Positions 26,768 through 37,878 of a stretch of 58,822 nt of DNA are shown here, piece by piece. Source of the DNA: a virus (Duplodnaviria; Caudoviricetes); IMG/VR virus record IMGVR_UViG_3300035210_000087, positions 1-58,822 of that record; one strand, given 5' to 3'. Each line of letters begins with the position of its first letter. Position 1 is the stretch's first letter. Below the pieces are notes generated by a model, which saw only the letters and a list, made by a program, of their open reading frames with translations, was not told where the DNA came from and made no database searches. A program made the translations under genes and the position numbers.

Positions 26768-28255
26768 CTAAGCTATGATTTCTGTGAGCTCGAAGGTGGT
26801 GTCGATCAGGCCGTGCGTTGCCGCAACGAGCGCCGACAAGGTCGACAGCCGCGACAGGAAGCACTGGCGCGGGAAGTTGGCCGGATCGTCCGGGTTCCAA
26901 ACGAAGTAGACCTGCCCGGAGACGCCCAGCAGGTATTGCATGTCGTTGGCCCACGTCATCGCCTCGGCTTTCGGCAGGTGGTTCACCGAGAAGCGGGCAA
27001 TCCGCCGTCGCGCCCTCTGGTCGAAGAAGTCAGCGCCGCCGGCCGTGGTCTGCACCACCGTGCTGTCGTTGTTGGCCCAATTCGCCCCGTAGACGAAGTT
27101 GCGCGTGGGCTGCCAGCCGGCGGCAAACACAAAGCGGGGTAGCTCGAAATAGCCATCGGGATTACCCACGTCGGAAATCTCGACAAGCCAGTAGCGGGCA
27201 TTCTGTGCGGCCGGGAAGACCGTCAGCCACGGCATCGGATAGATCAGCGCCGCCTCCGGATCCATGCGGCCATCCCACAAGGACGGGTCGCCCCAGGCCA
27301 GCGTTCCGGGCGCGTAGAGCTGGGAGTAGACATCCTGCCAGCCGGTATCGACCACGGCGGGGTTGTCGGGGTTGATCGCCACGGGATCGGCGCCAAACTT
27401 GCTCAGGCGCAGCAGCTCGGCCGCGGAGAGCTCGCCATCATAGACCGCGCCGTAGAGCGGTGCGCCGCCGGTCAGCGCAGGCCCCGCCTGGTGCCCGGTG
27501 TAGAGCCACCACGGGGCGCCACCCAGGAACATGCTGGTGTAGGCCGGATAGGTGCCGGCGTGCGGGCCGGTGCCGCAATGCACGCCGTTGCAGTAGACCG
27601 AGATGGCGCCAGGGGAAAAGCGCACAGCGGCCCGGTTCCGCCCGACGACAACCGGGGCCATGAAGACGTTGAAGTTGGGCGAGGTGCAGGTGAAGTAGGT
27701 CGATCCGGACGCTGTCGAGATATAGCAGCACTCCGAGAAGCCGGAGGCGGTGGAGAAGCCCCCCAGCGCCCCGGCATTGGCCGAGCCCACCCACTCCGTC
27801 ACCCATGTGAACGAGCCGGTGGCTGATCCGGCCGGCGGATCGACCCGCACGCCGGAGACCGGGTAGGCGTTGGCCGTCTCGTAGCCAACCGCCGGATCAA
27901 CGTAGCCCATGACCTCCGCGCCGAAGCTGGTCGCCGTCGCGAGGTCGAGCGCATAGGAGGGCGAGATGTCGGTCGCGCCGGTGTTGCTGCAGCCGCGCAC
28001 GCGGACCTTGGCGGTGCGGGAGGCATTGGATCGGGGGAGCGCCACCAGGCGCACGCCGCGCGTCAGCCCGAGATCAGCCCAGAACTTCGTCGATGCGGCC
28101 AGTGCGTCGGTTGAGCGCGCAACGCTGGCGAAGTCGCGCTTGAGCAGGTTGGACAGCGGGAGCGCACCACTCCACGAGCCACCGGACAGCGCGACCGTCG
28201 CAATCGACGGGTCGGGGTAGAGGTAGTCAGGATAGCCGAGTACAAGGTTGCCCAT
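26768..28255 (-). CDS. tail tip protein with LamG-like insertion
   Basis: Position in the tail module; PLSNL..VARST, RYWLVEISD..NPDGYFEL. Confidence 0.7.
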   Translation of the reverse strand: MGNLVLGYPDYLYPDPSIATVALSGGSWSGALPLSNLLKRDFASVARSTDALAASTKFWADLGLTRGVRLVALPRSNASRTAKVRVRGCSNTGATDISPSYALDLATATSFGAEVMGYVDPAVGYETANAYPVSGVRVDPPAGSATGSFTWVTEWVGSANAGALGGFSTASGFSECCYISTASGSTYFTCTSPNFNVFMAPVVVGRNRAAVRFSPGAISVYCNGVHCGTGPHAGTYPAYTSMFLGGAPWWLYTGHQAGPALTGGAPLYGAVYDGELSAAELLRLSKFGADPVAINPDNPAVVDTGWQDVYSQLYAPGTLAWGDPSLWDGRMDPEAALIYPMPWLTVFPAAQNARYWLVEISDVGNPDGYFELPRFVFAAGWQPTRNFVYGANWANNDSTVVQTTAGGADFFDQRARRRIARFSVNHLPKAEAMTWANDMQYLLGVSGQVYFVWNPDDPANFPRQCFLSRLSTLSALVAATHGLIDTTFELTEIIA

Positions 28256-28259
28256 CCGG

Positions 28260-29834
28260 TTATCCCCAAGCGTAGATGGTGGTCTGGTTGTTGGCGAAGT
28301 CTTCGATCATGCCGATGACCAGCAGGAACTTGCCGGCCAGGCCAAAGCGGTCAGTGGCGATCGAGATGGTGGTGCCCAGGTCCACCGCGGAGGCGAGCTC
28401 TGGCGGAACGACAATGGTAACCAACAGGCGCCGGGCTCCGTAGAGATTTATCAAACGCGAGGCCTCGGTGTTGGAGAACAAGGCCGTCATCAGACAGGTG
28501 TTGAACTCCATTGGCTGCGACGTTGGATTGCGCCCGGTGCTGGTTGCTGGATCCCATATCGCTGGCATCGACCAAACGGTGTAGCGGTATTCGTTGGCGA
28601 GATAGTCTTTGCGGGCCGCGGTGACGGCGCCAGCAACGTTCGCCCCGGAAAGCGTCAGGAAGGTGCGCGCGTAGCCCAGCTTGACCTGATAGGTCGGAAT
28701 GCCGCGCGACTGATCCGCCGTCGGCTGCAGCACGATGACCGAGCCCGACGTGTTCAGGAGTTGCTGCTCGGTAAAGGTGACGACGGCTGGCCCGGTCGGC
28801 ACAACCAGCATGGTGAGGTTGAATTTGCCAAGCCGGTTTGGCGTCCAGCTTGCCCCGACGCTGCCCAATACGAGGTCGAGGACATCGCCCACCTTGGCGC
28901 CCGCGCCGGCCGCAACGAAGTGCCCGCACCCGCCATCGGCTGACAGGTTGAGCGCCGCCACCCCGAGGATGTCACCGGAGGACACGCCAGCGCGCTGCAG
29001 GACGGCATTCGCGATGTCGGCGGCCTTCGCCGCTGACAGGTTGGCCGAGGCCGTGATGGGCAAAGACGGACTTGAGCCGAGGCGGATGTAGCACCCCTCT
29101 GCCCCCGACCCGAGCGAGTAGTCGTAGGTCGCCGCGGCAGGCGCCGTTGCTTCGAGCGCCGCGGCATTGGCCCGCGAGGTCCCGACCGGGATGGCGTTGC
29201 CGCCCTCCCACACGCCGCCGATCGCAGCCACGGGGTCGGCGCTCAGGTGGTAGATCAGCTTGGAGCTGTTGACGCGCGTGGGCTCGAAGCCCGCCGGGGA
29301 GCCAAGCACCAGGGGCATCGTCTGCCCCTTGATGTCGTCGATCGTGCCGTCGATGCCGGCCGGCAGCACGTTGGTGCCGCCGTAGCGTGTGGTCACCAGC
29401 AGCTTGTCGGCCACCTCGGACCGCCTGTCGCGGATGCGCGCGGTGACGGTGCTCTCGGTGACATCGAGCTGGTCCAGCGTGCCCACGAGGACGGTGGTGA
29501 AGCTGGCGCGGGCGGCGCGCTGGTCGCCGCGCAGGATGGTGATCGCCCGGCCGTCGAAGTCGTAGTTCAGGAGGTAGTCCAGGCCGCCGTCGAGGTTGGC
29601 GAGCTCCACCACGCCGGCATTGACGCTGCCGGCCCCTCGCGTGGCGCCGGCCGCCCACATATGCCGCTCGTAGGAACCCGGGGAGATGACGCGCGGATAG
29701 TAGATCGTGTTGGCGGGCGTCTCGGCCGGCTTGGTGACGTAGCCCACGCCCGTGCAGTAGCGCAGCGTCTCAAGCGCCCCGCCGGCGCTGACCGGCTGCA
29801 GGCCCACGATCTCGATAAGGTAGATGGTGCTCAT
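28260..29834 (-). CDS. tail tip/hub protein
   Basis: Follows the tape measure; GVVELANLDGGLD, DIKGQTMPLVLG. Confidence 0.7.
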   Translation of the reverse strand: MSTIYLIEIVGLQPVSAGGALETLRYCTGVGYVTKPAETPANTIYYPRVISPGSYERHMWAAGATRGAGSVNAGVVELANLDGGLDYLLNYDFDGRAITILRGDQRAARASFTTVLVGTLDQLDVTESTVTARIRDRRSEVADKLLVTTRYGGTNVLPAGIDGTIDDIKGQTMPLVLGSPAGFEPTRVNSSKLIYHLSADPVAAIGGVWEGGNAIPVGTSRANAAALEATAPAAATYDYSLGSGAEGCYIRLGSSPSLPITASANLSAAKAADIANAVLQRAGVSSGDILGVAALNLSADGGCGHFVAAGAGAKVGDVLDLVLGSVGASWTPNRLGKFNLTMLVVPTGPAVVTFTEQQLLNTSGSVIVLQPTADQSRGIPTYQVKLGYARTFLTLSGANVAGAVTAARKDYLANEYRYTVWSMPAIWDPATSTGRNPTSQPMEFNTCLMTALFSNTEASRLINLYGARRLLVTIVVPPELASAVDLGTTISIATDRFGLAGKFLLVIGMIEDFANNQTTIYAWG

Positions 29835-32800
29835 CGGGCTGCCAGCCGCTTGGCGGAGCCGGCCGCTTGCTGGGCCACCGTGGTGTTCTCCTGCACCGCC
29901 TGCACGGTCGCGATGTGCCCCTGGGCCGCCACCTGCGTGGCCGCCGCCTGTGCCCTGCGCAGCGCCGCGAGCTCCGCGCGCACGGCGCGCAGCTCAACCA
30001 CCACGGCCTGGTTGTCGTTGGCGCGGTAGCTGCCCGCATTCATTCCCGGCAGCACGTCGGCATAACGGGCAGCCTGGGATGCGTTGACCACATACTCGCC
30101 GCCGGCCAAGCCGATGGTGCCGCCGCCGGCATAGGCCGCGATGACGCTGTCCTTGTTCCAGACGCCGTTGCCGACCCAGCCGCCGGCCGCCATCCCGTGC
30201 GTGGACTTGTATTCGGCCGTGCTCTGGATCCCGCGCAGGACCTCGCCGGATGAGGCGCCGCTCTGCATCATGGCGACCCAGAAGGCCAGGCCTTCCGCAT
30301 CCGGGGCCCGGCCCAGCGCGCTCCGGTAGATCGCCGTCACGGTCGTTGTGGCGCGGGACTTGTACTCGTCGGTGCCGGCCATGGCCCGTTCGAGGGTCGA
30401 GAGGGTGACGCCGCCGGTCGCAAGCTGGCCCTGCCAGTAGGTCAGGCCGGCAGCATCCGGGGCGCGGCCGAACATCTCCTGGTAGGCCTGGGTGACGGAG
30501 GAAACAGGCTGCGGGCCAACAAGCTGCGCTGCCGTTGCGGCCTGCGCCGTGCCGCTGACATCGGAGGCCAGGGCAGTGGCGCCGGTGGCGCGCTGGTCGG
30601 CCGCCAGCTTGGCCGCGTAGGTGCTGTCGGTCAGCGCCTTGAGCGCATCGAGCGTGGCCGGCGCGACGGCGCCCATCGCCTGCACGGCCGCCAACTGCGC
30701 CTTCAGCACGGTGAGCTGCTCGCCGAGCAACTTGACCTGCTGCTCTTGCGGGCTGGCGGTGTCGACCATCGCCGCGGACGCTGCCGTGAGGGCTTTCTGC
30801 ACGGCCTCAAACTCGGCCGCGTAGCCGGGGCCAGCCTTGCCGTAATAGCTCTCGGCCAGCGTCAGCCGGGTGGTGGCGTCGGTCTGAAGCTGGGAGGCGG
30901 CAGCCGTGCGCTTGGCGGCATCCACGGAAGTGTCGCTGGCCGTGGCAGCCGATGCGGCCATGGCGGTGCGGGCCGCCGCGAGCTTCTGCTCTGGGGTCAA
31001 CGGCGAGGCGGCGGACGTGAACAGGCCGGCGGCGAACTTGGTCAGCGCCTCGGCTGCCGTGCGGAGGCTGGTCGCCAGGGTGGTGGCCGAGGAGGCTGCG
31101 GTTTCGTTGGCAGAGATCGCGCTGTTGAGGGCCGTCTCGTAGGCCGACCGCGCCGTGGTGTAGGCGTTGTTGGCTGCCTCGGCCGCCTGGACCGCCATGA
31201 GGGCGTCGATCTGCACGGCCGTTTGCCAGGAGGAAAGGCCGAGCTCCTTCAACGCCGATGTCGCGGTGACGATCTGATCCCTGAAGGTCGCCGCATCCGA
31301 GGACGAGGTGACCAGGCCGGAATTGCCGGTGACGGTGGCGAGCCGGCCGGTGAGGGCATCGGTCCAGTCGTTGAGCCCCTGCGCCTGCTTGGCGGCGAAG
31401 TCCCTGATGATCTTCTGCCGCTCGGCCACCTGCGTCCGGGTGAGCTGCGCCACCAGGTCGGCATATTCCGCCGTGGTCGCGTAGGCGCTGCCGAACGCCG
31501 TGGTCAGGGTGCCCATGAACGACAGCATTTCGGTCTTGGCGCTGGCGGCGGCGGTGGCCAGGGACGTGACCAGACTGCTGGGGGCGTTGTCGTTCGCCAC
31601 GTTGACGCGCGCTGCCATGGACGCGCGCTCAGTGGCCACCGTTGCGGCCGCCGCGTCGTTGAGCGCCTTGATGCTCGCCGCTCGCTTGGTGTTCAGCACG
31701 TCTTCCGACAGGCCGTATTTGACGGCCGAAACTGTGGCCGCGTCGAAGCTCGTGTTGACGCTGTTGATCGACGTTTGCAGCGTGCCGATGCTGTCGACCG
31801 TGACGCCAGTGAGCTTGTCGAAGTCGGCGGCGGCTTGAACCCCTGCGGCCAGATCATCCCATGTCGTGAAGGTGTTGTTGGCGAGGACCTGCTTCAGCGC
31901 CGCGCTGCCGGTTGCGGAGCTGAACGTGAACGCCTTGGCGGTATCCTGGAAGCTGGACTGCTCGCCGGCCACGCCGGTGTTGTTGCCGCCGACGATTGAG
32001 GTTCCTGACGCGACGATGGCGTGCTCGGTCAGGTAGGCGTTGACCTTCGCCATGGCGGACATATCCGCCGTCCACTGCTCCTTCGCGACGTTGTTGTAGT
32101 GCTCGTCCGACGTGACGAGCTGGCCGCTCTCGTTGGCGCTGACGTGGTAGCCCCATCCGTTGTGCGCGGCTCCCGGCCCGAAGAAGGAGCCAGCAATGCC
32201 GCCGATGAGGCCGCCGATCGCTGAGCCGATGGGCCCGAACACCATGCCGATGGTGGCCCCGGCCGCGGCGCCCACCATCGCCTGGTCGTTGTGGCCCGGG
32301 TTGATGGCGCTCCCGGCCAGCGTGCCGGCGCCGAAGCCGATGCCCCATCCCGCCACATAGGTGCCGACGGTGCCGGCGATGCCAGAAAGCGAGCCGGAGG
32401 ACATCTCCGCTGTCGTGCCAGCCATCTCCGCCGCCGGGACCTCACCGGCCACGAACGCCGCCTGGCTGGACGACAGGCCAGTGCCGAGGTTGGTGACGCC
32501 CCATTGGTCGATCGAATTGACCACGCTGCCCCAATCGACGCCCATCAGCTTCGACCCGCTGGAGGCGGCGCTGAGCAGTGACGAGCCGTTGCTGAGCAAA
32601 GAGCTGCCCGTTGAGCTCGTCTTGGCCCCGCTGCTGGATGTTCCGGAGCCGCTGACCAGCGTGTTGTTCGTCGTGTTGATGATCGCGGAGCCGTTGGTCA
32701 GGCTGGTGCCGCTGTTGGTGATGAGGTCGCCGCCGATCGACGTGGTCGGCTTGTCCTCCGCCGTTGACGCCAGGCCGAGCGCGCCGAGGATCGACGTGCC

Positions 32801-35800
32801 CCACGATGTCGGGCTGAGATCGACGTTGCCACCAATCTTTTCCGCCACCCCCGACAGCGTCGTGAGCTTCTGGCCGTCCATCGCGTTCAACAGCGGATTG
32901 AGGATCGAGATTTTCAGCGCCCATTCGCCGAGCTGCGTGCCGATCCCCTGCAACACGGTCTTGAAGTTGACGCCGGCCGCAGAGCCTTTCACGAAGGCGT
33001 CGGTGATGCTCGATCCCACCGTGGTGAAGATGGAGGTCATCTCGCTGGCGATGTCGGCGCTGACCTGCGTTTCCTTGGCGAGCTTCTGCTGTGCCGCCGT
33101 CTGGCGCACCGCCGCGTCAATGGACTGCTGGGCCACCTCCGGGCTGAGCTTCTGCAGCGTCTTCTTGGCCTCGATCTCGGCCTTGAGCGCGGTAAGCACC
33201 AGGGCGCGCTTGTCGGCATCCATGCCGAGGGTGGTGATCTCGGCCTCGATGTATTGGGTGCCGAGGTTGGTGTTGAGGGTGGCGCGCTGCGTGGTCTCGT
33301 TGGCGAGCGCCGCGCTCTGCTTGTCGAGCTTCGCCGTCAGCGCCGTGACCTTGGTCTCGTACTCGGCGGACCCTTCCTTGGTGGTCTTGCGGGCCTCTTC
33401 CTCGGCCTTGATCCGGTGCGTCAGGGTGACGGTCTCGGCACCGCCGGCCGCCAGCGAGGCGGTCAGCCGGTCATTGCCGGCCGTCGCCCGGTCCATCGCG
33501 TCCATCTGGTCGCGAAAGCCAGCATCGAGCTCCTTCAGGCGCAGGACCCGGCCGCGGTCAAGCTGCTCCTGGCTGGCGCCGGTGAGGCCCATTGCCTTGG
33601 CGGCTTCGTTGAGCTGCTGGTCGGTCTTGGCGAGCTCGCGGGTGGCGCCGCTGGCAACATCAGCGCTGGACGCCTGTTGCTCCATCGAGTGCAGGAGGGT
33701 TTCGACGGGATCGCGGCTGGCGTAGAGCGCGCCCTTCGTCGCCTGCAGCCCGCGGTTGATGGCGGTGTTGGCCTTGACGCCTTCCTCGCCCATCGTCTGC
33801 CACAGCGCGACGCCCGAAGGCGTGATCTTGTCCAACTCGGCCCGCGCCGCCTGGAACATCTTGAGGTTGCGCTCAAGGCCTTCGTGCGTCTCGTCGAACA
33901 CATGGAGCCCGGCGTAGAGCTTCTGGGCATCTTGGATGAGGCCCTTGGCGTCGGAGCTCGTGGCGCTTGGCGCCGGCGGCTGGTCGTAGACAGCGCCGGT
34001 GGGCGCGGTCGCGGTTGCCGTGGTCGTGGTTACCGGGCCGGATTCTCTGCGGGCAGTGCGATCCCAATGGCTGCCGCCGCTCTCCTTCAGCGCGATCCTG
34101 AGCGCGAAGTCGATCTGCTTGGGGTTGGCGCCCTGCGCCGTGGCCTCGGCGATGATGTCCTGCCGGGCGATCTCGGGCACGTCGCCGGCCCGGCGCGAGG
34201 CCACGTCCTGCGCATAGTAGGAGGCGTCCACCTTCCTCTTGGTGGAGGTTCGGCCGGCCTTGATGTTTTCGAGACCCAGGTCGCCCTGGAAGTAGGCCTG
34301 CGCGACATCGGCCTCGATGCCGTTCCACCTCTCCCACGCCTGGAGGATGCGCTTGATGCCGCCCTTGATGTTCTGCGTGTAGTCGGAGGAATTGACGCCA
34401 AGGTCGCTGGCAGTGCCATCGAGAAGCTGGAACATGCCGGTCGCTGTGGAATCGGGGTTCTTCAGCACCGGGAAGTTGCTGACGGTGTAGTTGGTGTCGC
34501 CGCGCGACGTGACCGGGCCGGATGTGCCGGTGGGGATGTGGATCGGGATGTTGGGGGCAGGCCCGGAAAACAGCCGCTCCATGCGGCCGGCGTCCTGATC
34601 CGACAGCTTGATCTGTGCGCGGACCGCCTCGATCCGGTTGACCAGGCGCTCAAGCCTGTCGACGACAAAGGTCAGCCCGACCACCATCGCCCCGCCGACC
34701 GCCTCAAGGATCGGCCCAAGCTGCTGCTTCAGCTTCTCGAACGACTTGCTGAGCTTGTCGAGCGCCTCGCCGGCGTCGTTCACGGGCTTGGAGGCGCCGC
34801 CAACGGCCGCCGTGAGGGCTGCGATCAGCTTGGCCGTGGCGGCGGACTTGTCGCCACCGGCCTGGATGTCGGCGATGTATTTTGCCAAGCCGTAGCCGAC
34901 AGCCTTCAGCCCTTCGTCGGCGAGCTTCTTGGCCTCTGTACCAGGGTCGCGGAAGGCCAGCGCCAATTCCTTGGCGGCTTCGGGGGCGGTCTTGCCCATG
35001 ACTTTGGCAAGGTCGGTGGCGAGCTGCAGCAGCACGTCCATGTTCGCCCGGGCTGTCGCAAACTCCGGCGTCGAGCCAATGATCTCGGCCGCCGACTTGG
35101 CATCCTTCCGGTTAAGGCCGGAGATGGACGCCGCCGCCCTCTTGGCGGAGGCCTCGATGTCGTGGGCAAGGGTGACGTAGTCGTCGTGGGTGCCGCGGAG
35201 GTGCTGCGCCAGTTCGTTCAGCTTGGAGATGTGGCTTTCGTGCGCCACGATGGCGGCAACGCTCATCCCGACCAAGGCCGCGGTGGCGGTTATCGCCGCG
35301 TAGCGCAGGCTGAAGATGGCTTCGATGATGCTGCCGACACGCTTTGCCACGCCCGCCATCGTGTCGAAAAGGTTCTGGTTCATCTCAGCCAGCACCATCA
35401 GCGAGCCGGGGATGCGGCTGTAGGTGCCGATGAGGGCTTCGTGCGAGATGACGATGAATTCGCGGATGGCGTTGGAATTGACGGCCGTGCCGTTGGCGGC
35501 TGAATGCGAGTGGCTGATCTGCTCGGTGGTCGCCCGCTTGTAGGCGGCCTCGACCTGCTGCAGATCCACGATCATCTGCTCGTCGGAGATGTGCCGCTCT
35601 TTGTTGGCGGCAACGATGTCGGCGGTTTGCTTGATCCGGGTCTGCTCGGCGGCAAAGACGTGGTCGATCGACGACTTGGTGCTGGTGTAGGACGAAATCA
35701 TTTTGGCGTTGGCGTTCGCCACATCGACCGCCGCCGCGGCGGCCTCACGCTCAGCTTTGGCCGTGTCCGAGACGGCGTTGTAGACCTCCATGTAGCGGAC

Positions 35801-37171
35801 GTAGGCGGCGGCAAGCGTTGCGTTGGCCTGGGCGCGCTGGCTCTCGTCGGCAGCCACGGCGGTCGTGGCCGCGACCACGGCGCGCTCGTAGGCCACAATA
35901 GCGGCATAGATCGGGTCAACACCGGCACGGGCAGCCGCCAGATTGGCCGTGTTCGCCGCTACGGCCGCGCTGTTCAGCCGCAGCGCTTCGGTGGCCAAGC
36001 TCTCGGCGTTCGCCATGGTCTCGGTCGAGCGCACCACCTGGGCATGGTTGGCGCGGAGCTGCGCCATGATCGCAGCCGCAGCTTCCTTGCTGCGCGTGCC
36101 GGCATCGACGGCAGCGGCAAGCTCGATCTCGGCGGCGGCAAGTTGCTGCTCGGAACGGAACACCGGATCAATGGAGGCGTGCCAGGCATCGAACCGGGCT
36201 GAAATGGCCGCCACACCGGCAGCCTGCTTGGCTGCGGCGGCAGCATTCTGCTCCATGGCCGCGGTGACGAAGGTCAGCGATGACAGCGTGGCATCGAGGA
36301 CGGACTTCGCCATCGCAATGGCGCGGTTGGTGTCGTCCTGGGTGATGCCGGCGTGGCCGGTCGCTGCGGTGGCGATCCGCACGGCATCGTTATAGGTGTT
36401 CCAGGCGGCAGCCGCGGGATCGAGGCTGCCTTGCAGGCTGCGGAAGCTGGACACGATCGCCGCGGACTTGGCGGCGTTGCGCTCGACCTCGGCGGTGTTG
36501 CGGCGCAGCGCCTCGGCGGTGCCGTCGAGCTCGGCAACCGTCTCGGCGTAGGCAGCGCGGACCTTGGCGACTACGGGCGCCACGCCGGCCCAGGTGGTGA
36601 TGTTGTTGTTGACAGCGGCCGTGCAGACCGCCAACCGCTCGTTCTGGGTGGCGAGCGCGCCCTCCAACGGAAACATTTCATTGCGCAGAGAGGCGTAGGA
36701 CTGCCCGGCCTTCGCGACCGTGGCGGCCTGCTGCTGCTGGCTGCGCTCCGCCTTGCCCAGTGCCGCGTTGAAGCCGGAAAGCTCGAGAATGGTGCTGCGG
36801 TAGATTTGGAGCGAGAGCTCCTTGACGGCGTTGGCGGCGACCTCCGAGACCTTGAGCCGTTCGACGGCCGTGTCGCAGATGTCGAGCGCACGCTGGTAGT
36901 TCGCCAGGGCGCCATAGACGGGGTCGAGCCGTTCCTTCAGCCCCTCGTAGGAGAGCGCAGCCCGCTGCACTGCGGCCGCGTTGGCGGCGGCGCCTTTCTC
37001 GGCGATCCCCTGCTTCTCCGTGACCGCGACGAACGCCGCTGCCACCCTGCCGATCGCGCTCTCCAGCGTCGCCATGTCGGAGGCGCCGCCGGCGGCAATT
37101 GCCTGCAACGCCGCCTTGAAGGTCTCGGCCTCGCGCAGCGTCAGCCGGATCGAAAGCGTGCCACCAGCCAT
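29831..37171 (-). CDS. tail tape measure protein with lytic-transglycosylase-like segment and two DUF4214-like repeats
   Basis: 2446-aa Ala-rich helical ORF after the tail chaperones; ATGMFQLL and IALKESGG; FGRAPDAAGLTYW / LGRAPDAEGLAFW. Confidence 0.9.
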   Translation of the reverse strand: MAGGTLSIRLTLREAETFKAALQAIAAGGASDMATLESAIGRVAAAFVAVTEKQGIAEKGAAANAAAVQRAALSYEGLKERLDPVYGALANYQRALDICDTAVERLKVSEVAANAVKELSLQIYRSTILELSGFNAALGKAERSQQQQAATVAKAGQSYASLRNEMFPLEGALATQNERLAVCTAAVNNNITTWAGVAPVVAKVRAAYAETVAELDGTAEALRRNTAEVERNAAKSAAIVSSFRSLQGSLDPAAAAWNTYNDAVRIATAATGHAGITQDDTNRAIAMAKSVLDATLSSLTFVTAAMEQNAAAAAKQAAGVAAISARFDAWHASIDPVFRSEQQLAAAEIELAAAVDAGTRSKEAAAAIMAQLRANHAQVVRSTETMANAESLATEALRLNSAAVAANTANLAAARAGVDPIYAAIVAYERAVVAATTAVAADESQRAQANATLAAAYVRYMEVYNAVSDTAKAEREAAAAAVDVANANAKMISSYTSTKSSIDHVFAAEQTRIKQTADIVAANKERHISDEQMIVDLQQVEAAYKRATTEQISHSHSAANGTAVNSNAIREFIVISHEALIGTYSRIPGSLMVLAEMNQNLFDTMAGVAKRVGSIIEAIFSLRYAAITATAALVGMSVAAIVAHESHISKLNELAQHLRGTHDDYVTLAHDIEASAKRAAASISGLNRKDAKSAAEIIGSTPEFATARANMDVLLQLATDLAKVMGKTAPEAAKELALAFRDPGTEAKKLADEGLKAVGYGLAKYIADIQAGGDKSAATAKLIAALTAAVGGASKPVNDAGEALDKLSKSFEKLKQQLGPILEAVGGAMVVGLTFVVDRLERLVNRIEAVRAQIKLSDQDAGRMERLFSGPAPNIPIHIPTGTSGPVTSRGDTNYTVSNFPVLKNPDSTATGMFQLLDGTASDLGVNSSDYTQNIKGGIKRILQAWERWNGIEADVAQAYFQGDLGLENIKAGRTSTKRKVDASYYAQDVASRRAGDVPEIARQDIIAEATAQGANPKQIDFALRIALKESGGSHWDRTARRESGPVTTTTATATAPTGAVYDQPPAPSATSSDAKGLIQDAQKLYAGLHVFDETHEGLERNLKMFQAARAELDKITPSGVALWQTMGEEGVKANTAINRGLQATKGALYASRDPVETLLHSMEQQASSADVASGATRELAKTDQQLNEAAKAMGLTGASQEQLDRGRVLRLKELDAGFRDQMDAMDRATAGNDRLTASLAAGGAETVTLTHRIKAEEEARKTTKEGSAEYETKVTALTAKLDKQSAALANETTQRATLNTNLGTQYIEAEITTLGMDADKRALVLTALKAEIEAKKTLQKLSPEVAQQSIDAAVRQTAAQQKLAKETQVSADIASEMTSIFTTVGSSITDAFVKGSAAGVNFKTVLQGIGTQLGEWALKISILNPLLNAMDGQKLTTLSGVAEKIGGNVDLSPTSWGTSILGALGLASTAEDKPTTSIGGDLITNSGTSLTNGSAIINTTNNTLVSGSGTSSSGAKTSSTGSSLLSNGSSLLSAASSGSKLMGVDWGSVVNSIDQWGVTNLGTGLSSSQAAFVAGEVPAAEMAGTTAEMSSGSLSGIAGTVGTYVAGWGIGFGAGTLAGSAINPGHNDQAMVGAAAGATIGMVFGPIGSAIGGLIGGIAGSFFGPGAAHNGWGYHVSANESGQLVTSDEHYNNVAKEQWTADMSAMAKVNAYLTEHAIVASGTSIVGGNNTGVAGEQSSFQDTAKAFTFSSATGSAALKQVLANNTFTTWDDLAAGVQAAADFDKLTGVTVDSIGTLQTSINSVNTSFDAATVSAVKYGLSEDVLNTKRAASIKALNDAAAATVATERASMAARVNVANDNAPSSLVTSLATAAASAKTEMLSFMGTLTTAFGSAYATTAEYADLVAQLTRTQVAERQKIIRDFAAKQAQGLNDWTDALTGRLATVTGNSGLVTSSSDAATFRDQIVTATSALKELGLSSWQTAVQIDALMAVQAAEAANNAYTTARSAYETALNSAISANETAASSATTLATSLRTAAEALTKFAAGLFTSAASPLTPEQKLAAARTAMAASAATASDTSVDAAKRTAAASQLQTDATTRLTLAESYYGKAGPGYAAEFEAVQKALTAASAAMVDTASPQEQQVKLLGEQLTVLKAQLAAVQAMGAVAPATLDALKALTDSTYAAKLAADQRATGATALASDVSGTAQAATAAQLVGPQPVSSVTQAYQEMFGRAPDAAGLTYWQGQLATGGVTLSTLERAMAGTDEYKSRATTTVTAIYRSALGRAPDAEGLAFWVAMMQSGASSGEVLRGIQSTAEYKSTHGMAAGGWVGNGVWNKDSVIAAYAGGGTIGLAGGEYVVNASQAARYADVLPGMNAGSYRANDNQAVVVELRAVRAELAALRRAQAAATQVAAQGHIATVQAVQENTTVAQQAAGSAKRLAAR

Positions 37172-37878
37172 CAGACGGCCCCCTCTCCAAGTCCCACGCG
37201 CAGTTCGGTGGCGAGTTTGTCCAGCGCGCGGGCGTGCGCGCCGTCGATGTCGATCCGCTTGGTGAGCGTCACCGAGGGCACCAGGATGAACAGCGGCACG
37301 CTGCCGCCGCGCGGCACGCCAAGGCCGCGCTGCTTGCTGCCGCGGATGACCTCGCCTTTGCCGATCCGGTTCGGCGCCCGATAGATGAGCAACTGCCGGC
37401 CGCCGCTCAGCGGGATCGAGAAGAGGTTCTGCTTCCCGAGCCGCTTTTCCACCATTTCGATCTGCGCAGCCCGCCGCAGCGTGCCGCCGTGGCCGCCGGT
37501 GGCCGCGACACCTTCGCGCGGTCGCGGCAGCTTGGTGTCGCCGAATCCCATGGCAATGGCTTCGGGCGTTGGGATCGCCAGGAAACGACCGTGCTTGTGC
37601 GTGATGTAGGCGCCCTGGTCGAACACGCGATGGAGCAGGGTGGCGTTGGAGTAGACCAACCCGGCCGTCTTGAGAGATGCGTGCGACGGATAAACCTTGA
37701 GGCGCCAGGCATTCGCCAACCCGCGACCCAGGCCGGCCGCCTCCACCTGCGCGCGGAGCTCGATCTGCGCCGAGGTAGCGGCCTTGAGCACGGCACTGCG
37801 GACGGCGATCGCCATCTCGTCGATGTGCCGCGCGACCGCCGTCGTCAGGTCGTGGGAGAACTCAGAGGTGAGGCGCAT
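37171..37878 (-). CDS. putative tail completion/neck protein (DUF6441-like)
   Basis: LRAQVEAAGLGRGLANAWR..YP, FLAIPT, PLFILVPSVTL. Confidence 0.7.
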   Translation of the reverse strand: MRLTSEFSHDLTTAVARHIDEMAIAVRSAVLKAATSAQIELRAQVEAAGLGRGLANAWRLKVYPSHASLKTAGLVYSNATLLHRVFDQGAYITHKHGRFLAIPTPEAIAMGFGDTKLPRPREGVAATGGHGGTLRRAAQIEMVEKRLGKQNLFSIPLSGGRQLLIYRAPNRIGKGEVIRGSKQRGLGVPRGGSVPLFILVPSVTLTKRIDIDGAHARALDKLATELRVGLGEGAV

